DNA of 64,000 bases from assembly GCA_032128875.1 (NCBI GenBank), contig JAVLKG010000006.1, positions 1-64,000 on the forward strand, written 5' to 3'. Numbering within the stretch: the stretch's first letter is position 1; each line of letters starts with the position of its first letter. A model generated the notes under the pieces. The model ran no database searches and was not told where the DNA came from. It saw only the letters and a list, made by a program, of their open reading frames with translations. The DNA is from Candidatus Melainabacteria bacterium 17Bon1m. GTDB lineage: Bacteria; Cyanobacteriota; Vampirovibrionia; Obscuribacterales; Obscuribacteraceae. The position numbers and the translations under genes were made by a program. Shown here piece by piece: positions 28,119-36,013 of this stretch.

Positions 28119-29486
28119 CTAAAGTCCTGTTTGCTTTTCGGGTGCCGGCTCCAGAACGATTCGATTCGGTACTTTAGCTAACATATCCTCGGTCTCTCGG
28201 ATACTCGGGCTGCCTTCCGGCAGCAAACGCCTGCGCATGTCGAGCGAACGCTCAAGATACTCTCGAGCTTTGGTTTCATCGACCTTCAAGTAAGCTTCGC
28301 CGACTTGGAAAAGTGACAGGGCGATGTGCGGATGTGGCTCAAACACCAAATTTCGCATAGTCTCCAGGCATTCTTCCAGCTCTCTTTTCGTGTCGGTGCC
28401 TTTCTTGAGCTGTGCGTATGCTAGAGCTCTGCGAGCTTTTACATAGTCGGTGCCTCGATTCTGCGTTTTGCTTTCATAGTATTCGATCGCTTGCTGAGCT
28501 AGTTTTTCAGCTTTGTCATACTCCTTTTTCTTGACCATCAGTTGCGAGTGAAAAGTCAGCATCTCCGGATATAAGAGCGTCAACACGCGCTGTACGGCTG
28601 GATCTTTCACGATTTCGAAAGCTTGCTTCAACTCCAGCTCTGCCTCCGGGTCATTTTTCAGCAGTTTTATACGCGCTGAAAAATAACTGGCGAATGCGTC
28701 GTCTATGCTCTTTGTCTCAAGCGTCTGTTTTATCCAGATGTCTGTCTTGTTTGTTGAAACATCGTTGCGACTGGTTTCGATTGCCTTGTGTAGGCGCTCC
28801 AAATACTTTTCTGCATCTTCAATCCGTTCTAAATCGATAGAACCTTGGATGGCGCCGAGCAAAGTCGAGATATAGGCAGGGGTGCCTGTTCTGCCTGCGG
28901 CATCTAAATTGTCCAGATTGGCGCCCAGAAGCTCGAAGCCACGCGTGTAATTGCCGAGTTCTATGTAATTGCAAGCCAGGCTATTCGATTGGTATGCGCG
29001 ATTATGGCGATCGTCGGCGGAATTTCGGTACAAATACTCTGAGAATTTGACGGCTGTCTTCAAGTCGCCCTTTCTGATCGCCATGACCTGTAACTGACTG
29101 ACTTTCATGGGCAGCTCGTGACCCTCTGTTTGCGGCTGCCTGCCGGCTAGAATCTGTTCAATTTCATCTCCTATGCCGACGGTGGCCAATTCTTCGGCTT
29201 TATTCCATAGACCTTCTTCCTGGCAGCAGAAGGCAAAGTTCGACTGCCATATTGTTTTGACCGAAGTCCGGGTGAGAGTTATGGCAAAAATTCCCACCAG
29301 AGAACCCAGGAAGGCAAGCGGAGCATTGAGGTGAAATAAAAAGACGAGAATGGCGGTCATAATGGTCGCCATTACCAAAGCAAAGCCGCCCTGTACAAAG
29401 AGAATGAGTTTGATTGTCCGGCTGGTGGCCTTACTTTTGGCCCTCGCCAGTTTGAACGCATTTGCTTCAGCCGACTTTTCCGCCAT
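28119..29486 (-). CDS. Membrane-anchored TPR-like protein
   Basis: Two N-terminal TM helices, helical repeats, kinesin-light-chain-type 'HPHIALSLFQVGEAY...LERSLDMRRRLL'. Confidence 0.75.
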   Translation of the reverse strand: MAEKSAEANAFKLARAKSKATSRTIKLILFVQGGFALVMATIMTAILVFLFHLNAPLAFLGSLVGIFAITLTRTSVKTIWQSNFAFCCQEEGLWNKAEELATVGIGDEIEQILAGRQPQTEGHELPMKVSQLQVMAIRKGDLKTAVKFSEYLYRNSADDRHNRAYQSNSLACNYIELGNYTRGFELLGANLDNLDAAGRTGTPAYISTLLGAIQGSIDLERIEDAEKYLERLHKAIETSRNDVSTNKTDIWIKQTLETKSIDDAFASYFSARIKLLKNDPEAELELKQAFEIVKDPAVQRVLTLLYPEMLTFHSQLMVKKKEYDKAEKLAQQAIEYYESKTQNRGTDYVKARRALAYAQLKKGTDTKRELEECLETMRNLVFEPHPHIALSLFQVGEAYLKVDETKAREYLERSLDMRRRLLPEGSPSIRETEDMLAKVPNRIVLEPAPEKQTGL

Positions 29487-29587
29487 TGGAAAAACATCCT
29501 GTCTGAGACCGGAACTCCCTTTATATTCCCAGACTTAGCTTTCGCGAATTATTCGCTCGTTTGTGTTTTTCGATTGTTCTTGGACAG

Positions 29588-31492
29588 TTATTCGACCGTC
29601 ACTGATTTTGCCAGGTTGCGCGGTTGGTCGACATCTTTGCCGAGATAGTCGGCAATGAAATAGGACATCAACTGCATCGGAACAACAGTGAGCAATGGGC
29701 TGAAGAATTCATCCACTTGTGGAATGCTGAGCACCGTGTCGAATGTTCTTGCCGCTTGCTCATCGCCTTCGCAGGCAACTGCAATCATCTGAGCGTTGCG
29801 AGCTCTGGCTTCTTGTGCGTTGGATAGGGTCTTTTCATAAACACTTCCAGGCACGATTACAGTAACAACCGGAACTTTCGAGTCAAGAACAGCGATCGGA
29901 CCATGCTTCAATTCGCCGGCTGCGTACCCGGAGGCGTGAATGTAACTGAGTTCTTTCAGCTTCAGAGCGCCTTCCAGGGCGGTCGGGTAATTTAGTCCGC
30001 GTCCGATGAAAACGACATCGTGGGCATCTGCATACTTCAGTGATGCCAGACGAATTTCGTTTTCTCTTGCCAGAATTTGTTCGAGCAAAGTCGGAATCGC
30101 GTTCAGGTCGGTCTTCAGCTTTTTGGCTTGTTCAGCTGTTATCGCTCCACGCTTCTCAGCAAGAAAAATGCCGAGCAGATAAAAGGAAGTCAATTGCGCC
30201 AGGTAAGTTTTTGTGGCAGCAACTGAGACTTCGATACCGCATTCGGTGACAATCAAATTGGAAGTAATTTGTGCCAGGTGAGAATCCGGGCGGTTCGTGA
30301 TGCCCAAAGTGAAGGAGCCAAGCTTCTTCGCTTCTTCTAGCGCTGAGAGCGTATCGGCTGTTTCGCCTGACTGGCTGACCGCGATCGTCAAAGTGCTTTC
30401 GTTCACCATCAAACGTCTGCCGCGTGTCTCTGATGCAATGTCAACTGCAACTGGAATATTGCACAATTGCTCGATGATCTGTTTGCCGACGAGACTGGCA
30501 TGATATGCGGTTCCGCAAGCAACAACTTGAATGCGGTCGATGCCTTTCACTTCCATGTCGCTGAGGTGAACGCCATAACTCTTGGAGAGGGCATTCTCTT
30601 CTTCGTTGTTTGTGGGAGCGTTGCCGTTGGGCGTGATGTGCGGAATAAAACTGACTGGCTTGGTCGGATGAACCAAGTATTTAGCCAGCGTTTGACGCAA
30701 GACCAGCGGTTGTTCGTGAATTTCCTTGAGCAAGAAGTGCTTGTAGCCGCCTTTGTCGATGACATAAGGATTGGAGTCGAGCGACATCGGGCGACGTTTT
30801 ACTTCTTTGCCGTCAAAAGCAAAAAGGCGCACGCCTTCAACTGTGATTTCGGCGATTTCGCTTTGTTCCAATCTAACGACTTTATTCGTGTACTGGCGAA
30901 CAGCCATGCTGTCTGAAGCGAGGAAACTTTCGTTATTGCCCAGGCCAACCGACAAAGAATAGTGCTGATTGATCGCGTAGATTTTGTCGGGATGCTTTTG
31001 GCTGACTACACCCAATGCATAGGCGCCGCGCAGTCTTTCTACTGTTCTAAAGATCGCTTTGAGCATGTCTTTTTCTTTTTCATACTCTTTAGAAATCAGG
31101 TGCGCGATAACTTCGGTATCAGTATCAGACTCGAATGCGCAACCTGCCTTGATCAGTTCTTCCTTCAGCTCTTCGTAATTCTCGATGATGCCGTTGTGAA
31201 CGACTGCAATTGTTTTTGACGCATCCAGGTGAGGGTGAGCGTTTTGATCATTCGGCACGCCGTGCGTTGCCCAGCGCGTATGACCAATTCCGACTGTTGC
31301 CGTCGGTTTGTTGTCCGTGATCAATTTTTCCAAATTGTTCAGTTTACCGGCAGCTTTGAGAACGCTCAATTCGCCATCTTGAATGATCGCGACACCGGCA
31401 GAATCATAGCCGCGATATTCTAAGCAGCGAAGCTCAGAAAGCAATACAGGAGCAGCTTTTGAAGGGCCGAGATAGCCGACTATTCCACACAT
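29588..31492 (-). CDS. glmS: Glutamine--fructose-6-phosphate transaminase
   Basis: MCGIVG, GHTRWATHG, SQSGETAD, ELKHGP, PRNLAKSVTVE. Confidence 0.98.
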   Translation of the reverse strand: MCGIVGYLGPSKAAPVLLSELRCLEYRGYDSAGVAIIQDGELSVLKAAGKLNNLEKLITDNKPTATVGIGHTRWATHGVPNDQNAHPHLDASKTIAVVHNGIIENYEELKEELIKAGCAFESDTDTEVIAHLISKEYEKEKDMLKAIFRTVERLRGAYALGVVSQKHPDKIYAINQHYSLSVGLGNNESFLASDSMAVRQYTNKVVRLEQSEIAEITVEGVRLFAFDGKEVKRRPMSLDSNPYVIDKGGYKHFLLKEIHEQPLVLRQTLAKYLVHPTKPVSFIPHITPNGNAPTNNEEENALSKSYGVHLSDMEVKGIDRIQVVACGTAYHASLVGKQIIEQLCNIPVAVDIASETRGRRLMVNESTLTIAVSQSGETADTLSALEEAKKLGSFTLGITNRPDSHLAQITSNLIVTECGIEVSVAATKTYLAQLTSFYLLGIFLAEKRGAITAEQAKKLKTDLNAIPTLLEQILARENEIRLASLKYADAHDVVFIGRGLNYPTALEGALKLKELSYIHASGYAAGELKHGPIAVLDSKVPVVTVIVPGSVYEKTLSNAQEARARNAQMIAVACEGDEQAARTFDTVLSIPQVDEFFSPLLTVVPMQLMSYFIADYLGKDVDQPRNLAKSVTVE

Positions 31493-31511
31493 TAAGAGTT
31501 ATCCTCCAGAC

Positions 31512-32072
31512 CTAAACTTCCATGACTTCTTGTTCTTTGTCATGTACTTGCTTGTCTATTTCTTTGACGTACTTGTCAGTCAACTTTTGCAGACTTTCTT
31601 CCTGGCGTTTCATATCGTCTTCAGAAAGTCCTGTGCCTTTGAGCTTCTTCAAGTCATCGGCGCCGTCACGACGAATGTTGCGCACAGAAACTCTGGCTTC
31701 TTCGCCGAACTTTTTGACTTGCTTGGTCAAATCTTTGCGGCGTTCTTCAGTAAGCACAGGAATGGTGATGCGAACAACCGTTCCATCCGAGTTTGGCGTA
31801 AGACCAAGACCAGACTTGTGAATGGCTTGCTCGATGTCTTTGACCACATTCTTATCGAACGGTTGAATCAAAAGAGATCTTCCGTCCGGCACAGATATGT
31901 TTGCCAAACTCTTTAAGGGAGTCGGGCTGCCGTAATATTCCACTTCCACGCGGTCGAGGATTGCCGGATTTGCCCGACCTGTCCGGATCGTCGTGAATTC
32001 CTTTTGCAGGTTCGCGATCGCCTTTTTCATCCGATCTTCAGCCGTAGCCAGTACTTCAGTAGCAGTACTCAT
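31512..32072 (-). CDS. frr: Ribosome recycling factor
   Basis: IRTGRANP, YYGSPTPL, LTEERRK, VRNIRRD. Confidence 0.98.
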   Translation of the reverse strand: MSTATEVLATAEDRMKKAIANLQKEFTTIRTGRANPAILDRVEVEYYGSPTPLKSLANISVPDGRSLLIQPFDKNVVKDIEQAIHKSGLGLTPNSDGTVVRITIPVLTEERRKDLTKQVKKFGEEARVSVRNIRRDGADDLKKLKGTGLSEDDMKRQEESLQKLTDKYVKEIDKQVHDKEQEVMEV

Positions 32073-32866
32073 TTTGCTCCTCCAACTCGAGTGCCGATTA
32101 GTGTTCCCACCTTTTCGCCTAAGACGATGCGCTCGATGCTGCCTGATTTAGCAAAATCGAACACTACAAAGGGGATATTGTTTTCCTTGCAAATAGATAC
32201 AGCGGCAGGATCCATAACTTTCAGTCCTTGCCTGATCAAGTCTTCAAAGCTGATGCGCTCGATTTTCTTGGCGTGAGGGTTCTTTCTGGGATCGTCGTCG
32301 TAGACGCCGTCCACACCGTTCTTCGCCATTAAGACAGAATCTGCTTTGATTTCTGCAGCGCGCAAGGCAGCTGCTGTGTCTGTTGTAACGTGCGGGTTGC
32401 CTGTTCCGCCGCCGAATATAACGATGCGTCCCTTTTCCAGATGGCGAATTGCGCGCAATCTAATGAAAGGCTCAGCGATCGAGGGCATGGCAATTGCGGT
32501 CATAACACGCACTTGAGCGCCCTTTGATTTCAAAACTTCTTGCAGAATAAGGCAATTCATTACGGTGGCGAGCATGCCTACATAATCGGCTGCCGCTTTG
32601 TCCATTCCCCAGGCGCTGCCTGTGACGCCGCGGAAGATATTGCCGCCGCCTACGACGATTGCAATCTGAATTCCGAGTTGCTGTGCAGCGATGATTTCGT
32701 CAGCGATAGGTCCAATGACGTCGGGGGCAATGCCGAATTTTTCGTTGCCCATCAGTGCCTCACCGCTCAACTTGAGCAGTATGCGCTTATAAACTGGGTC
32801 TCTGCCTGGTTTTGCTGCTTGTGTATTCACGAGCGGGGATTCCTTAGTGCTTGGTGTGCCTGACAT
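32069..32866 (-). CDS. pyrH: UMP kinase
   Basis: YKRILLKLSGEAL, GGGNIFRG, GTGNP..TTDTAAALRA; start ATG 32866 or GTG 32830. Confidence 0.97.
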   Translation of the reverse strand: MSGTPSTKESPLVNTQAAKPGRDPVYKRILLKLSGEALMGNEKFGIAPDVIGPIADEIIAAQQLGIQIAIVVGGGNIFRGVTGSAWGMDKAAADYVGMLATVMNCLILQEVLKSKGAQVRVMTAIAMPSIAEPFIRLRAIRHLEKGRIVIFGGGTGNPHVTTDTAAALRAAEIKADSVLMAKNGVDGVYDDDPRKNPHAKKIERISFEDLIRQGLKVMDPAAVSICKENNIPFVVFDFAKSGSIERIVLGEKVGTLIGTRVGGAK

Positions 32867-33092
32867 GCTGGCTTGGCAACCTCGATTTGCAATGTATATT
32901 CGGTCGAATTTAACAGGTAATATTACCGCAACCCGCATCGGGCCTTCCACTCATGCAGTCTCATTAGGTTTGCAATCGGATGTCATCCAGCTAAAACCCT
33001 GCTGCAAGCGGTGTAATGACCGTTTTCAAGTGAATTTTGCGCCATCCGGAGAACATACAGACGTGCTCCGAACGAAGGCCCATCAGTAATAC

Positions 33093-33120
33093 AAAAGCCG
33101 CCTTGTAAGGGGCGGCTTTC
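33093..33120 (-). terminator. Intrinsic terminator after tsf
   Basis: AAAGCCGCC stem with a U-tract on the minus strand. Confidence 0.8.
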
Positions 33121-33146
33121 ATTAACTCTCAGATTTATTTACGCGA

Positions 33147-34058
33147 TTACTCTTCGCCGGCTCCGTTTTGGTCGGCTTGTGTTTCGCCCAAGATAAAGAG
33201 CGAGAAGCTCTTCACTTCCAGCTTGGCGCCCAAATCGGTGCCGCTGGCAGCCAGGTACTTGCTGACTGTTTGGGTTGGATCTTTGACGAATTGTTGTTCG
33301 TTCAAGCAGCGCTCGGCAAAAATCTTGTCGATGCGACCTTGTACGATTTTTTCGCGCATTTCCGGCTTTTTGTCTGCCAAATCTTGCTTTCCAGCTTCGA
33401 TACGGCGCTCATTTTCAATTGTTTCTGCCGGGATGTCGTTCTTGCTGACGAATTGCGGCTTAGCCGAAACGATATGCATCGCAATATCTCTGCCAAGAGC
33501 TGCTGCTTTTTCGGCATCAATCTTCTTGTCTGCTTCGATGGTGACGATTGCACCCATTTTTCCGCCCAGGGCGTGGACATAGATTCCGATAACGCCTTCT
33601 TTGCCATTCAAATCTTCAAGGGCAGCGCGGCGCAGGATGATGTTTTCGCCGATTTTCGCGATAGCGGCGGTCACATGCTCGGCTACGGTCGTGCCTTTGA
33701 TTGATTGCTTGTTGAGGGCTTCAACGGAGGCGGACTTCGTAGTCAATGCGGTTTCGGCGAGGTCCTTGGTCAACTGGATGAACTCTTCGTTGCGGGCAAC
33801 GAAGTCGGTTTCGCAGTTTACTTCGATAAGGGCGCCGGACTTGCCATCATTGGCGATGTGACCGACTACCAGACCTTCGGAGGCAGAACGCGATGCTTTC
33901 TTGCTTGCGGAAGCAACGCCCTTTTGACGCAGAATTTCGAATGCCTTTTCGGAATCGCCACTGGCTTCTACAAGAGCTTTCTTGCAGTCCATCATTGCTG
34001 CGCCTGATTTGTCTCTTAGCTCTTTAACCAGTTGAGCCGAAATCTCTACCATGACCAT
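33147..34058 (-). CDS. tsf: Translation elongation factor Ts
   Basis: VKELRDKSGAAMMDCKKAL, EVNCETDFVA, IGENI; GAGGAG RBS before ATG 34058/34052. Confidence 0.98.
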   Translation of the reverse strand: MVMVEISAQLVKELRDKSGAAMMDCKKALVEASGDSEKAFEILRQKGVASASKKASRSASEGLVVGHIANDGKSGALIEVNCETDFVARNEEFIQLTKDLAETALTTKSASVEALNKQSIKGTTVAEHVTAAIAKIGENIILRRAALEDLNGKEGVIGIYVHALGGKMGAIVTIEADKKIDAEKAAALGRDIAMHIVSAKPQFVSKNDIPAETIENERRIEAGKQDLADKKPEMREKIVQGRIDKIFAERCLNEQQFVKDPTQTVSKYLAASGTDLGAKLEVKSFSLFILGETQADQNGAGEE

Positions 34059-34142
34059 ATTTCTCCTCGCAATATTCACTTGTGGCATGCCGCTGGTTTT
34101 TGCAGCTTGCCTGAGAGTAGTTAGAACGAATGCAAAAGCTGA

Positions 34143-34958
34143 TTAAGCTTCTTCATCTTCAGTGAGGGCTTCTTCAAGGTCTTCAGCTACAGCAGCAGTG
34201 CTTGCGCCAACAACTGCATGAACTTTCTCTTCTTCCTGTTGAACAAGAGCTTTCTCTTCTTCAAAGGTGTGTGCTTGACCTTGTTTGCCTTCCAAGATGG
34301 AATCCGCAACTTTGCTCATAATCAGCTTGATAGAGCGGATCGAATCATCGTTGCCGGGAATTACATAATCGATGCCATCTGGATCGCAGTTGGTGTCGAT
34401 GATACCGACTACGGTGATGCCGATTTTCTTGGCTTCGGCAACGGCGATGTCTTCACGCTTTTGGTCGATGACGAAAAGTACATCCGGGCGACCACGCATA
34501 TTTTTGATACCGCCCAAAGACTTTTCGAGCTTGAACAATTCGCGGTTCAAAACTGCCAATTCTTTCTTGGGACGGCGGTAGAAGTCGCCGGTGTCGCGCA
34601 TTTCTTCAAGCTCTTTCAAGCGGTTGATGCGCAGACGAATAGTTTCAAAATTGGTGAGCATACCGCCCAACCAACGGCGGTTTACAAAGTGTGCTCCGCA
34701 ACGCTTCGCTTCTTCTTCGATGATGTCGGCGGCTTGTTTTTTGGTGCCGACGAAGACGATGTTTTTCTTTTCGGAAGCGATCTTGCGCAAGAAGTCGCAA
34801 GCTTTGTCGAGCGCACGAGTGGTCTGCTCTAGGTCGATAATATAAATCCCGTTACGTTCGCCGTAGATGTACTGGCGCATTTTGGGATTCCAGCGGCGGG
34901 TTTGGTGTCCGAAGTGGACCCCGGCTTCCAACAGTTGTCTCATTGATGCTACTGACAA
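34143..34958 (-). CDS. rpsB: 30S ribosomal protein S2
   Basis: [43 protein letters not shown] start. Confidence 0.99.
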   Translation of the reverse strand: MSVASMRQLLEAGVHFGHQTRRWNPKMRQYIYGERNGIYIIDLEQTTRALDKACDFLRKIASEKKNIVFVGTKKQAADIIEEEAKRCGAHFVNRRWLGGMLTNFETIRLRINRLKELEEMRDTGDFYRRPKKELAVLNRELFKLEKSLGGIKNMRGRPDVLFVIDQKREDIAVAEAKKIGITVVGIIDTNCDPDGIDYVIPGNDDSIRSIKLIMSKVADSILEGKQGQAHTFEEEKALVQQEEEKVHAVVGASTAAVAEDLEEALTEDEEA

Positions 34959-35240
34959 GGCTGACTCATGCTCCTATTTCAATGTGAGTACTAGCGGGGG
35001 GTATGACTGCTTGTATATCTGTTTTATTTCTTCGATCACTAATTAACCCATGGCACCGCAGTAGGTACCGAAAGTGTTTATGTTTCAAGCGCACCCCCCA
35101 TTGAGTGAATGGCGCGCCAAACACAACACTTCCCCGGACCAAATCTTGCTGCTGCAGAACGTTATCGTCCTTGCAAAACACTCGCAAGCCGTGACCAGTT
35201 GCCCTGTTCCCACGGAACAGACAAGTCACCAATTCTATCA
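34959..35240 (-). promoter_or_regulatory. rpsB promoter (extended -10 TGATAGAAT) and long structured 5' leader
   Basis: Extended -10 at 35232-35239; hairpins at 35191-35229, 35170-35188, 35070-35132 and 35052-35069. Confidence 0.6.
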
Positions 35241-35264
35241 CGAAATCCTCGAAATACCTATTTA

Positions 35265-35294
35265 TGGACAATTTCAGGATTTGATCGTTATAAT
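35265..35294 (+). promoter_or_regulatory. Sigma70-type promoter for the HNH gene
   Basis: TGGACA-N18-TATAAT. Confidence 0.6.
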
Positions 35295-35335
35295 GTTTCT
35301 ACGTAAACAAATGCTAAGTAGCATGAGGAGCGGTC

Positions 35336-35830
35336 TTGTCTAAGGTTTTAGTACTTAATGCTTCGTATGAGCCTTTAAACATCTGTACGTGGAGACGTGC
35401 TGTTGTCCTTCTGCTTAAGGGGAAAGCTGAGCAGATAGAGGATAACGGCAAAATTGTTTACGCAGAGTTCCCGTTACCGACTGTGATTCGACTACGAAGT
35501 TACGTCAAGATTCCGTATAAAGAGATCAGTCTGTCCCGGCGCAACGTTTTGCACCGGGATTCTTATACGTGCCAGTATTGCAGCGAAAAGCGGCATGATT
35601 TGACGATTGATCACATCATCCCTCGATCGAAGGGCGGAACCGACAATTGGGAAAACGTAGTGGCTGCTTGTTTAAAGTGCAACGTCAAGAAGGGAGATCG
35701 CACTCCGAAGGAAGCTGGAATGCCCTTGCTTTGTGCGCCTCGACGTCCTCAAAGCCACGTGCACTTCGAAATATCTAAACATTCCGTGTCCGGCGATTAC
35801 GCCTGGAAAAAGTACGTCATCGGTGCCTAA
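35336..35830 (+). CDS. HNH endonuclease family protein
   Basis: VLVLNASYEPL, CQYC, TIDHIIPRSKGG..W.NVVAAC..CN..KG; GAGGAG RBS. Confidence 0.93.
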   Translation: MSKVLVLNASYEPLNICTWRRAVVLLLKGKAEQIEDNGKIVYAEFPLPTVIRLRSYVKIPYKEISLSRRNVLHRDSYTCQYCSEKRHDLTIDHIIPRSKGGTDNWENVVAACLKCNVKKGDRTPKEAGMPLLCAPRRPQSHVHFEISKHSVSGDYAWKKYVIGA

Positions 35831-35857
35831 AGCAGTCGCCTGAGATAAAAGCATCTG

Positions 35858-35884
35858 AAAACCCTTGCCACGCAAGGGTTTTTT
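35858..35884 (+). terminator. Intrinsic terminator after the HNH gene
   Basis: AAAACCCTTGC-CAC-GCAAGGGTTTTTT. Confidence 0.85.
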
Positions 35885-36013
35885 GGTTCTGCTGGCTGTT
35901 TTTTTGCAGATGCGCCGAAACTTTTATCGCTTTTCAACCTTCTGTTTTGAACTTTTTCTCCTCTGGCGACGTTTTAAAGAAAAGCAAGACTCATACGGAC
36001 GGAGGGCGCGGAA

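Noticed and set aside
31493-31511. glmS ribozyme
   Set aside because: Only 19 bp separate frr and glmS, leaving no room for it.
32014-32021. HIP1 octamer GCGATCGC
   Set aside because: Only an isolated occurrence was noticed; there is no sign of the high density typical of many oxygenic cyanobacteria (not exhaustively counted).
34966-35343. Short ORFs in the rpsB-HNH spacer
   Set aside because: The region is better explained by divergent promoters and a structured leader; the ORFs lack an RBS or recognisable motifs.
35336-35830. HNH gene as a mobile homing endonuclease, IscB or defence nuclease
   Set aside because: It is a short stand-alone HNH of a widespread chromosomal type with its own promoter and terminator; no RuvC motifs, intron or terminal repeats.
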